Virus record (IMG/VR): IMGVR_UViG_3300044675_003079
Location: 1-53,580 of that record
Origin: a virus
Lineage: Duplodnaviria; Caudoviricetes
Strand: one strand, 5' to 3'
Length of the DNA stretch: 53,580 nucleotides
In this document: positions 45,327 to 53,580 of the stretch, piece after piece
Numbering within the stretch: the first letter of the stretch is position 1
Layout: every line of letters begins with the position of its first letter
Program-made: the position numbers and the translations under genes
Notes under the pieces: generated by a model
Database searches by the model: none
What the model was told of the DNA's origin: nothing
What the model saw: the letters and a program-made list of their open reading frames with translations, nothing else

Positions 45327-45809
45327 ATGAGCACAACAGAAGCAGAGTCCCTGCGAGAGCAGGCACGACTTGAGGAAAGAAAAAGCGCAGAGTCATTTGA
45401 ACGAAGCGACACCGACGGTTCGCTTTCACAGTGGGCGCACGACCAAACGGCACGCCGACTGTGGAAGGTGGCTGACCTTGCCGAACAAAACGGCATGGCA
45501 GAGTTCCCTGCCCTCTTTCGCGACGGCGTGATAGTTCCAGCGAAAATCATTGATGGGCATTACGGCGCAGTTTGGATGTTGCTGGATGAGGCTGGCGAGC
45601 CAACAGGCGAGTTCGCACCCTTGACTCCGAAGCGAGCATCAACGTTGGCGGTGAGAGGCTTCACTGAGGGGCTGGTCAAACGACCTGCGCGAGTTGCATC
45701 CTCATCAGGGTCGTGGCGCTTCGCTTCCATCAGTTACTACTTTGTGCCACTTGACTGGACGGACGAACCAGCCGAAATCATCACGACCAACATCTACGCC
45801 GAGGACTAG
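45327..45809 (+). CDS. hypothetical actinophage-type protein
   Basis: ESFERSDTDG.LSQWA motif; AAGGAGG SD before ATG 45327. Confidence 0.65.
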   Translation: MSTTEAESLREQARLEERKSAESFERSDTDGSLSQWAHDQTARRLWKVADLAEQNGMAEFPALFRDGVIVPAKIIDGHYGAVWMLLDEAGEPTGEFAPLTPKRASTLAVRGFTEGLVKRPARVASSSGSWRFASISYYFVPLDWTDEPAEIITTNIYAED

Positions 45810-45826
45810 CCCTCAAAAGCGAATGC

Positions 45827-45855
45827 TTGACCCGTCGGCTTTACCACGGTACAGT
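45827..45855 (+). promoter_or_regulatory. sigma70-type promoter
   Basis: TTGACC-17nt-TACAGT upstream of an AAGGAGG SD. Confidence 0.55.
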
Positions 45856-45881
45856 TCACCTCAACCTAAAGGAGGCTCCAC

Positions 45882-46103
45882 ATGAGCGACCCAATAAATA
45901 TCAAAGAAGCAGAGCAGGTCACACCCGACGTGCTTCGCTTCGCCGAAGACATATACGAAGGCTGGTTCTCAAACGACGACCAAATTGACTGGGAGCCTTT
46001 CTGGGACAGGCTTGAGAAGTACGGCTTCGCAGTTGCATCCCTTGACTGTGGAGCCACAAGGAAAATCCAGCGCCACATTCGCAAGTTCAGAAGCGAGGCA
46101 TAA
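45882..46103 (+). CDS. hypothetical protein
   Basis: Strong SD. Confidence 0.65.
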   Translation: MSDPINIKEAEQVTPDVLRFAEDIYEGWFSNDDQIDWEPFWDRLEKYGFAVASLDCGATRKIQRHIRKFRSEA

Positions 46104-46105
46104 CC

Positions 46106-46381
46106 ATGAAGCGCCAAACCCAAGTGCGAGACTTCCTGTTGAACGTTCGCATCGTTGACCGTTACAAGTGGAACCGAGCAAAGGCAATCCTCGCTGGCGT
46201 GTTTGCTTTCATCGCGATGCTTTGCATCGGAGGGCTTGAGGGAGTTGAACCAATGCCGTCAGGAGCAGGCGCAGTTGTGTTTCTTGGCTTGGCGCTTTAC
46301 ACCGTCGCCCACATTGACATGAATTGGGGACGCGAGTTTGAGTCCTGCGAAACCTGCGAAGGATGGTGCTCTTGTGATTGA
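46106..46381 (+). CDS. small two-TM membrane protein
   Basis: Two hydrophobic segments; Cys-rich tail. Confidence 0.55.
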   Translation: MKRQTQVRDFLLNVRIVDRYKWNRAKAILAGVFAFIAMLCIGGLEGVEPMPSGAGAVVFLGLALYTVAHIDMNWGREFESCETCEGWCSCD

Positions 46382-46562
46382 CATTCAGTTAGGGCGTTTC
46401 TACATTGCCGACGTTCTGCACAACGGCAAAGTCATCCACGTTGAAGGAGTCGCTGAGGAACTTGACGAACAGACCGTCACCCTCGCACCGACTCCCGACT
46501 TCCTTTCGCCAGAGCCAGCAAAGGCTCGCGTCTACCTTCAGCAGATAGTCCACATCGGTTGA
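46374..46562 (+). CDS. hypothetical protein
   Basis: Short coupled ORF. Confidence 0.45.
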   Translation: MIDIQLGRFYIADVLHNGKVIHVEGVAEELDEQTVTLAPTPDFLSPEPAKARVYLQQIVHIG

Positions 46563-47692
46563 GCGCCGAGTTCCTTCACCTTTGCGCAGTCACACTTGCC
46601 AACGATGACTCCGACCGCGCTCAAGAAGCGAACGGCATCGGCTTCTCGGCAAACGACTCAGCGTTCGGTCATCGGCTTGCCAAGTCCGACCCGTCGTCTT
46701 GGTCGGAGCAACTGACAGCCGACGCGTGGCACGTTCTTGTTCGCTACCGAAAGCAACTGGCATCTGTTGGGCTGGACATTGAAGCCATCCCCGAACCCAA
46801 ACTGGAAAAGTCCAGCAACCGAAAAGCCAACACACGATTCGTCACCTTTGCCAACGGACGCTTCACGCTTTCTTTCCCCTACGACCTTGAATTGGTCACA
46901 GCCATCAAAACCCTAGAAGGCAGGCGTTACGACGCCGAAACCAAAGTCTGGTCAGTTCCAGCCTCCCAATCCTCCCAAGTTGCCCTCCTGTGCGCCCGTT
47001 ACGGCTTTTCCCTGTCCGATGGGGCAACCAGCGCCCTGACCCAAAAACAACCCACACAGCCCCACACAGCGCCTGTGACTGGAACCCTCACCCAACACGG
47101 TGCGCGCTTCCACCTCAAATTCTCCTACGACCCCGAAGCCGTGAAAGCCGTCAAAGAAATCAATGGTCGCAGGTGGAACCCCGACGAAAAGGTCTGGGTC
47201 ATCCCCATTTCCTCCGTCCGACTCGTATTTGCCTTTTGCGACCAGTTCGGGATTGACGTCAGCGCCTTCATGGAGGTTCCCGACTCCGACCCCGTCATAG
47301 AACCAGAAATCACAATTGACCAGTTTGGTTTCGTTATTCGCTTCCCCTATGACCGAGACATCGTCCAGCAAGTCCGCGACCTCCCAACGGCAACCTTTGA
47401 CAAACTTGTCGGAGGATGGCGAGTCGCTCGCTCCGCTTCCATTGAAGTTGCTGTGTTCGCCGAAAACACAAACGCCGTGTCAAACGAAACCGTCGCAGAC
47501 ATTTTCGTTGAAGCCAACGAGCAACTGGCACGCATAGACAAATCCCGAGCCAAAGACGCCGAACTAAACATCCCGACCCTTAACGGCACGCTGTTGCCTT
47601 TTCAGAGGGCTGGCGTGGTGTACGCCCTTGAAGCGTTGAACTACGAACCAAGCCCAGATGGTGTTTGGAGAAAGAAAGAAAGAAATGCTTGA
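46559..47692 (+). CDS. N-terminal half of a HARP/SNF2 helicase (three HARP-like repeats + Q-motif)
   Basis: F.YD...V..IK...GRR.....K.W.V repeated three times; ends with LLPFQRAGV. Confidence 0.72.
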   Translation: MSAEFLHLCAVTLANDDSDRAQEANGIGFSANDSAFGHRLAKSDPSSWSEQLTADAWHVLVRYRKQLASVGLDIEAIPEPKLEKSSNRKANTRFVTFANGRFTLSFPYDLELVTAIKTLEGRRYDAETKVWSVPASQSSQVALLCARYGFSLSDGATSALTQKQPTQPHTAPVTGTLTQHGARFHLKFSYDPEAVKAVKEINGRRWNPDEKVWVIPISSVRLVFAFCDQFGIDVSAFMEVPDSDPVIEPEITIDQFGFVIRFPYDRDIVQQVRDLPTATFDKLVGGWRVARSASIEVAVFAENTNAVSNETVADIFVEANEQLARIDKSRAKDAELNIPTLNGTLLPFQRAGVVYALEALNYEPSPDGVWRKKERNA

Positions 47693-47725
47693 CCACCGTT
47701 CACCAACCCCATTAGAGTTCGCCCG

Positions 47726-49048
47726 ATGAGTGGTGTGCTAATCGCAGATGAGCAAGGACTCGGCAAAACCGTACAAGCGCTCGCCTGCCTTGAAGCAACA
47801 CAGGCATTCCCTTCCGTCATCGTTGTACCAACATCCGTCCGTCTCAACTGGCAAAACGAAATACGACGCTGGCTACCCCACCGAACAGTCACAATCTGTT
47901 ACGGCACAACCCCACATCAAGTTGACACCGACATTGCCATTGTCGGATGGGACACTCTGCACGCATGGGACAAAACGCTAAAGCCGTTCGCAGTTGTCTT
48001 TGACGAGTCGCACCTAGCCAAGAACGGACAAACACGCCGAACCCAATCAGCAGTTGCCATCGCTGACGGTGCTCGCGAGCGAGGAGGCTACGTCATTGCC
48101 CTGACAGGAACGCCAGTCCTGAACCGCGTGGGTGAGTTGATGGCACAACTACGCATCATCGGACGCCTCAACGAATTCGGAGGCGCGAGAGGCTTCAAGT
48201 TGAACTTCAAAACACCCGAAAGCCGACCCATGCTGAACCGTCAACTGCGCGCACGTTGTTTCCTTCGCCGGCGGAAAGACGATGTCCTCACCGAACTGCC
48301 ACCCAAACGGTACGCACAACTCCTCATTGAAGGCGACCCAAAGGTCATGACAAAATACCGTCAAGCCGAAGAGGACATCGTCAACTACCTCGCTGAAATT
48401 GTCCGTACCGCCGCCCTAGCGTCGGGGCTGGACACCGAAAGCGCACGAAAGGTGGCAGGTGAGAAAGCCCTGCGCGCCCAATCAGCCCAACACCTCGTCG
48501 CCATCACCACACTCAAACAAATCGCTGTGGAAGCCAAACGCCACGCCATTGACCAATGGCTCAAAGAGTTCACAGCCACAGGAAAGAAAGTCGTCGTGTT
48601 CGGATGGCACCGACCCATCGTTGAGTGGGTTGCCGACACCTACGCTGACGGATGCCGAATTCAAGGTGGAATGTCTGACGCCGAAAAGCAAGCCTGTATT
48701 GAGAAGTTCCAAAACGACGAAACCCAACAGGTTATCTCATGCTCCATCAAAGCGGCAGGGGTTGGTATCACTTTAACTTCAGCGTCCGATGTTCTTTTCA
48801 TGGAACAAGGATGGAATCCTGCCGACCAAGACCAGTGCGCCGATAGATGCCACCGTATTGGGCAGGTTGACAGCGTCACGGTGTACACAGCGTTGTGTAG
48901 CGAAACTGTAGACGAAGACATCTACGACCTCATCCAAAACAAACGAGTCATTGTGGACGCCATCACCGATGGCACAGTTCCCGACCCTGAACAAGAACAA
49001 AGCGTCCTCGGTGAACTGCTTGTTCGGTTAGCGAACAAACGACAATGA
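47726..49048 (+). CDS. SNF2/SMARCAL1-like helicase ATPase core
   Basis: IADEQGLGKT, FDESH, LTGTP..NR, GVGITLT, Q..DR.HRIGQ. Confidence 0.88.
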   Translation: MSGVLIADEQGLGKTVQALACLEATQAFPSVIVVPTSVRLNWQNEIRRWLPHRTVTICYGTTPHQVDTDIAIVGWDTLHAWDKTLKPFAVVFDESHLAKNGQTRRTQSAVAIADGARERGGYVIALTGTPVLNRVGELMAQLRIIGRLNEFGGARGFKLNFKTPESRPMLNRQLRARCFLRRRKDDVLTELPPKRYAQLLIEGDPKVMTKYRQAEEDIVNYLAEIVRTAALASGLDTESARKVAGEKALRAQSAQHLVAITTLKQIAVEAKRHAIDQWLKEFTATGKKVVVFGWHRPIVEWVADTYADGCRIQGGMSDAEKQACIEKFQNDETQQVISCSIKAAGVGITLTSASDVLFMEQGWNPADQDQCADRCHRIGQVDSVTVYTALCSETVDEDIYDLIQNKRVIVDAITDGTVPDPEQEQSVLGELLVRLANKRQ

Positions 49049-49488
49049 ACAAACCTGACTGGTGGGAAAAAGCAATCTGCAAAGGGATGGGTTTTGACCT
49101 GTTCTTTCCACCTCCGTACCCTTTAGCCGAAACAAACTCCGAAAGAACCCGACGCGAAAGCAGAGCAAAGGTCATCTGTCGTCAATGCCCTGTCAAACAA
49201 CAATGCCTTCAAGACTCGCTTGTATGGGGCGACGACGGCGTAAGAGGAGGGACAACCCCATCCGAACGGCGACGCATGATTGCCCCAATCCCCGAAAGAA
49301 GGCACGTTGTGACCGACCCCAACTGGACAGTCGTTGTCAACAAGCCCGGCATTGCATCAAAGGGCAACTTCCGACTTGAACAAAACCTCAGCGACCCTCT
49401 CCTCTATCGCGTTGTGAAGAACGACCAAACACTCTCCACTCACAACGGTGAACTTGAAGCGTGGATAGCCCTCCACAAAGCAACCTGA
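49045..49488 (+). CDS. whiB: WhiB-family transcription factor
   Basis: W...A.C......FF...AK.IC..CPV...CL......GV.GG.T..ER. Confidence 0.88.
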   Translation: MNKPDWWEKAICKGMGFDLFFPPPYPLAETNSERTRRESRAKVICRQCPVKQQCLQDSLVWGDDGVRGGTTPSERRRMIAPIPERRHVVTDPNWTVVVNKPGIASKGNFRLEQNLSDPLLYRVVKNDQTLSTHNGELEAWIALHKAT

Positions 49489-49516
49489 TAGACTTAACCT
49501 CACTCAAGGAGAACCC

Positions 49517-50713
49517 ATGTCCGAACGTGTCCTAGTGACCTCGCAACTGGTCAAAACAGAACAACTCAAAACCCACCCACGGAACCCACGCAGAGGCAAC
49601 GTTCCTGCAATTGCAGACAGCCTCACGCACCACGGGCAGTACCGACCCATCGTCGTCCAGAAGTCCACCAACTTCATCCTCGCCGGCAACCACACATTTG
49701 AAGCCGCCAAGTCCCTCGGATGGGACACAGTTGCCTGCACCCTGCTAGACGTTGACGACCAAACAGCCGAACGCATCCTCATCGCCGACAACCGAACATC
49801 CGACTTGGCGTCCTACGACAACAACGCCCTGTCAGCCCTTTTGCACTCCCTACCTGACCTAGATGGCACAGGCTTCGGACAATTAGACCTTGACCAACTG
49901 GACGGTGTCTTTGACGAAGCAGACGAACCAGACCCCAAACCAACACCCGAACCAAAACCCAAAGCCACCATCCAAATCGGCATCCACGAACTCTGGGTAG
50001 ACGAAACCCCACTCAACGTCTGGCGTTCACGCTTCACTGAAATGGAAAAGCGCGCCGCTACCGAACTCATCCGTTCCCTTCTTGGCTTCCCCGACATCAT
50101 CAAACCCAACGCCAAAGACCGCCACTCACCCGAAAACGTCACAGCCCAAGTGGAAACAGTCCCCATCAAAACCCTCATCCCATTTGATGGCAACGCACGA
50201 GAAGGCGACATCGGAGCAATCGTTGAGTCACTCAAACACCTCGGACAATACCGACCAGTGGTGGCACGACGCGAAACAAACCAAATCCTCGTCGGCAACC
50301 ACACATGGCGCGCCGCTAAACACCTCGGATGGAAAAACATCGCCGTCGCATGGGTTGACGTAGACGACGAACAAGCGACACGCATCGTCCTAGTGGACAA
50401 CCGAACCTCAGACATTTCAGGCTACGACGACTCCACCCTGTTGGCGCTCCTTACAAACGTTTCATCTTTGGAAGGCACAGGCTTCACCCCAGAAGACCTA
50501 GACGACCTACTCAACGACATCAAAACAGACCGCGACCACAAACCCACACCAACCAAAGACGTCAGATGCCGTGTTGACAAGTGGACGTTCAAAGTTAGCC
50601 CTACTGAATTCTCAGCATGGTCAACCAAGCGCACAGACGCTGAAACCCCAAACCACATAGCAACCAGCCTCGGACTCCCCGACGGCTCATGGACAACGGA
50701 GAACCCACAATGA
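49517..50713 (+). CDS. protein with two tandem ParB/Srx-like domains
   Basis: N.R.G....I..SL...GQYRP.V...IL.GNHT..AAK.LGW....DNRTSD occurs twice. Confidence 0.8.
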   Translation: MSERVLVTSQLVKTEQLKTHPRNPRRGNVPAIADSLTHHGQYRPIVVQKSTNFILAGNHTFEAAKSLGWDTVACTLLDVDDQTAERILIADNRTSDLASYDNNALSALLHSLPDLDGTGFGQLDLDQLDGVFDEADEPDPKPTPEPKPKATIQIGIHELWVDETPLNVWRSRFTEMEKRAATELIRSLLGFPDIIKPNAKDRHSPENVTAQVETVPIKTLIPFDGNAREGDIGAIVESLKHLGQYRPVVARRETNQILVGNHTWRAAKHLGWKNIAVAWVDVDDEQATRIVLVDNRTSDISGYDDSTLLALLTNVSSLEGTGFTPEDLDDLLNDIKTDRDHKPTPTKDVRCRVDKWTFKVSPTEFSAWSTKRTDAETPNHIATSLGLPDGSWTTENPQ

Positions 50714-50982
50714 CAGACCAAACACGCATCGTCGTAGACGGAGCCACCGCCGGCTACGCCTTTTGCCAAGCCCTCGGACTACCAGAAGAACGCGTCACGC
50801 GCGTACTTCTCCAAGCCGAACCCGGCAAGCCAATGTTCGCCCACATCACCATCCTGATGAACGACGAAGAAGTCCAGCAGGTTTGCACCTTCCTTGAACC
50901 GCTAGAGACACTTGACCCACTTGACATTGAAATGCCCACTCAACAACCAGCGAAGGACAACGGACTATGGACACCCAACTAA
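50710..50982 (+). CDS. hypothetical protein
   Basis: ATGA-coupled. Confidence 0.55.
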   Translation: MTDQTRIVVDGATAGYAFCQALGLPEERVTRVLLQAEPGKPMFAHITILMNDEEVQQVCTFLEPLETLDPLDIEMPTQQPAKDNGLWTPN

Positions 50983-51212
50983 ACGAACGATGCCCTAAAT
51001 GCGACCAACTGCCTAACGATTGTGTCTGCTACCCAAGTCTCGCCCAATGGCTCGGTTTCGGACGCCAACGAGGATGGATAAGCCCAATCGTCTGCGACAC
51101 ACACGGAGGCGTACCAATGTCCGACGAAGAACAAGCCGAATTTGACGCAGGCAACGACCCCTGCATCTCCGTCATCCGTTTCTACACAAAACAAGAAAGC
51201 AAACCAGCATGA
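50967..51212 (+). CDS. hypothetical Cys-rich protein
   Basis: WL..G...GW.S..VC.TH.G.P....E..EF..G.DPC pattern. Confidence 0.6.
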   Translation: MDTQLNERCPKCDQLPNDCVCYPSLAQWLGFGRQRGWISPIVCDTHGGVPMSDEEQAEFDAGNDPCISVIRFYTKQESKPA

Positions 51213-52435
51213 ACATCGCCAAAGACCTCCAAAGCCTCACCGTCCCCATTGACAACCTCACCGCGCTAGACAAAAACGCGCGCCGAGGCGACGTAGACGC
51301 CGTAGCGAAGTCGTACCAACAGTTCGGACAACGCAAACCAATCGTCGCGAAACGAAACAAAGCCGTCAAAGGTGGCAAACCAACAGGCATGGTCATCGCA
51401 GGCAACCACCAACTCCTCGCCGCCAAACAACTCGGATGGACAGAAATCGCTGTTGTCTTCACCGACGACGACGACAAAACAGCACGCGCGTTCGCACTCG
51501 CAGACAACCGAACACATGACCTCGGTAACTACGACAACGTCCTCCTTGCCGAATTACTAGAAGACCTCAAAATGGACGACGACCTGTTCGGCGCGTCAGG
51601 GTACACACCCAAAGACCTCAAAAACCTGCTGTCCGACAACGCCAAGAAAGACAAGTACGACGGCAAAACCGACCCCGACGAAATCCCCGAAACACCGACC
51701 AAAGCCACATCCAAAGCAGGCAACGTCTACAAACTCGGCAACCACCGCCTCTTCGTCGGCGACTCCTGCGACCCAACGTCATACGAGAAACTGCTAGAAG
51801 GAGGCAAAGCACAGATGTGTTTCACCGACCCTCCCTACAACGTGAACTACAAGTCAGCCAACGACAACGTCACCAAAAAGCAAATCATGAACGACAACCT
51901 CGGCGACGACTTCTACGCCTTCCTTCACGACGCCTGCCAAAACATCGTCAACTTCACCGACGGAGGGTGCTACATCGCAATGTCGTCAAGCGAACTGCAC
52001 ACACTTCAAAAGGCGTGGATTGCTGTAGGCGGTCACTGGTCAACCTTTATCATCTGGGCAAAAAACACCTTCACGCTCGGACGCTCCGACTATCACCGCC
52101 AGTACGAACCAATCCTCTACGGATGGAACAAGAAAACAGGACACAAATGGCATGGCGACCGTTCACAAGGCGACGTGTGGTTCGTAGACAAACCTCGCAA
52201 GTCCGACCTTCACCCCACCATGAAGCCCGTTGAGTTGGTAGAGAAAGCCATCCACAACTCCAGCCAAATCGGAGAACTAGTCCTAGACCCCTTCGGTGGT
52301 TCAGGCACAACCCTCATCGCTTGCGAACGCACAGGACGCCACGCACGCATGATTGAACTAGACCCACGCTTCGCAGACGTCATCATCAAGCGTTGGGAAG
52401 ACCACACAGGGCTGACAGCCGAAAAGGTGTCGTAA
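51209..52435 (+). CDS. ParB-like N-domain + N6/N4 DNA methyltransferase
   Basis: FTDPPY, HPTMKP, DPFGGSGTT motifs; ParB-like N-terminus. Confidence 0.9.
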   Translation: MNIAKDLQSLTVPIDNLTALDKNARRGDVDAVAKSYQQFGQRKPIVAKRNKAVKGGKPTGMVIAGNHQLLAAKQLGWTEIAVVFTDDDDKTARAFALADNRTHDLGNYDNVLLAELLEDLKMDDDLFGASGYTPKDLKNLLSDNAKKDKYDGKTDPDEIPETPTKATSKAGNVYKLGNHRLFVGDSCDPTSYEKLLEGGKAQMCFTDPPYNVNYKSANDNVTKKQIMNDNLGDDFYAFLHDACQNIVNFTDGGCYIAMSSSELHTLQKAWIAVGGHWSTFIIWAKNTFTLGRSDYHRQYEPILYGWNKKTGHKWHGDRSQGDVWFVDKPRKSDLHPTMKPVELVEKAIHNSSQIGELVLDPFGGSGTTLIACERTGRHARMIELDPRFADVIIKRWEDHTGLTAEKVS

Positions 52436-52444
52436 GGTAAAACC

Positions 52445-52894
52445 ATGCCAGCAAAGAAACAAGTCAAACCAAAAACAGGTCGCCCATCAAAACTGACCGA
52501 CGACGTGCAAAACAAAATCCTGCAGGCAATCCAAGCAGGCAACTGGCTGGAAACCGCGTCAGCCTATGCAGGTGTTGACGCATCAACCGTCCGACGTTGG
52601 ATGGCAAAGGGCGAAGGCGAAGATGCTGAGGAACCGTATCGCGCGTTTTGCGCGCTAATAAAACAGGCGCGAGCACAGGCAGAAATCCGCGCAGTCGCAC
52701 TAATCCAAAAGGCGGCACAAGATGGAACTTGGCAAGCGTCAGCGTGGTACCTTGAACGTTCTCACCCTGACCGTTGGGGCAGGAAGCGTCTGGAAATCAC
52801 AGGTGCTGACAGCCAACCAGTCCGCGTTGAAGTTGACGTTGACAGTCTTGAGTCAAAACTTAAAGCCCTCCTAGACAAGGAAACCAACAAATGA
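52445..52894 (+). CDS. terS: terminase small subunit (HTH)
   Basis: GRPSKLT...A...AG.....V..W, W.A.AW.LER; lies upstream of terL. Confidence 0.75.
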   Translation: MPAKKQVKPKTGRPSKLTDDVQNKILQAIQAGNWLETASAYAGVDASTVRRWMAKGEGEDAEEPYRAFCALIKQARAQAEIRAVALIQKAAQDGTWQASAWYLERSHPDRWGRKRLEITGADSQPVRVEVDVDSLESKLKALLDKETNK

Positions 52895-53190
52895 CAATCG
52901 CTCACTACCAATTCACCCTGAACTCCTCTACAGCGACGGAGATAACAGGCATTGCTTCCACAGGCAAACGAAATGGACTGACCATCATTTTGAACACCGA
53001 CAAGAACAACAACCAAGCAGTCTTTATCGGTGGGGCAACCGTGTCATCGTCATCGTTTGGTTATCACATGGACGCCGACCAAACCCTGAACCTGTCAGGG
53101 TATTTTGATGCAACAGACCGTTTGTATGCCATTGGCGCTTCAGGTGGGGCTGGCAGTCCCATTCTCCACGTCCTTGTAGTAGGCAAATAA
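52891..53190 (+). CDS. small beta-rich protein between terS and terL
   Basis: VFIGG..V....G...LYAI pattern resembling small virion proteins. Confidence 0.6.
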   Translation: MTIAHYQFTLNSSTATEITGIASTGKRNGLTIILNTDKNNNQAVFIGGATVSSSSFGYHMDADQTLNLSGYFDATDRLYAIGASGGAGSPILHVLVVGK

Positions 53191-53196
53191 CGCAAC

Positions 53197-53580
53197 ATGG
53201 CTACAGACTCACTCAACCGACTGTTGAGTCTTGACGAACGCGACAGGCGTCGTGTTCTTTCATCGTTGTCCGATGTTGAACGCGCCACCGTCGGGATGCT
53301 CATTGACCAGCGAGTAGGAAACCCGTGGTCAAAATACGAAGACGACCCTGTGGGCTTTGTTGTGGACGGACTTGGGGAAAGCCTGTGGTCACGTCAACGC
53401 GAAATCCTAGAGTCCCTTGCTGTCAACAAGCGAACCGTTGTCCCTGCCTGCCACGCGCCGGGCAAATCTCACCTCGCCGCCCGAGCAGTCGCATGGTGGA
53501 TTGCCGTCCACCCACCGGGCACAGCAATGGCAGTCACCACAGCCACCACCTTCCGTCAGGTTCGCAACATCCTCTGGACG
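53197..53580 (+). CDS. terL: terminase large subunit, 5' part (runs off the window; not in ORF track)
   Basis: Translates to ...DPVGFV..LGE.LWSRQREIL......RTVVPACHAPGKSHLAA...TTATTFRQV.NILW (Q motif and Walker A). Confidence 0.85.
   Translation, partial: MATDSLNRLLSLDERDRRRVLSSLSDVERATVGMLIDQRVGNPWSKYEDDPVGFVVDGLGESLWSRQREILESLAVNKRTVVPACHAPGKSHLAARAVAWWIAVHPPGTAMAVTTATTFRQVRNILWT

Noticed and set aside
47670-47685. (GAAA)4 as a phase-variation switch fusing the helicase halves
   Set aside because: Both shifted frames hit stops before or at the second ORF's start, so gaining or losing a unit would not produce a fusion.
1-53580. Minus-strand and nested alternative-frame ORFs in the track
   Set aside because: They overlap well-supported + strand genes, lack SDs and motifs, and look like shadow ORFs.
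1-53580. Alternative genetic code (TGA readthrough) suggested by the helicase stop
   Set aside because: Many genes end cleanly in TGA with ATGA/GTGA coupling, and the other long genes are uninterrupted.

Overview
Near-complete genome of a tailed dsDNA phage with long-tailed, siphovirus-type gene content. All credible genes are on the + strand. The host is probably an Actinobacterium (WhiB gene, leaderless promoters). Gene order: Mom-like DNA-modification gene, portal, MuF/gpF, a ~9.5 kb effector block interleaved with an XkdF-type prohead protease, scaffold, decoration protein, major capsid, neck/fibre genes, Com-like Zn finger, an inserted early-type block, two tail-tube paralogues, frameshifting tail chaperone, tape measure, tail tip, lysis genes, recombination/replication genes (with iteron origin), split HARP/SNF2 helicase, WhiB, ParB-domain proteins and DNA methyltransferase, terS, and the 5' end of terL (cut by the window edge). 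I saw no integrase, transposase, DNA polymerase, tRNA or CRISPR array. The most striking feature is the head-module block 4574-13854. Seven copies of a short His-rich peptide tag (x-x-K|H-x(2-4)-H/A-[DN]-Q-x-x-H-[GS]) each sit directly in front of a different cargo: ADP-ribosyltransferase-like domains, a DUF3626-like domain, an Apk/Tas1-like RelA/SpoT synthetase, a zincin protease, HTH domains and unknown helical domains. This suggests a protease-released, tag-addressed set of virion-packaged effectors with chained immunity domains. Secondary signals: a repeated GTGACC-N3-GTGTCY leader motif that may be the target of the Com-like protein, a repeated GGGGTT promoter element, a HiPIP-like Cys cluster on the protease, and strong avoidance of several restriction palindromes. 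All family assignments come from motifs recognised by eye, not from database searches.
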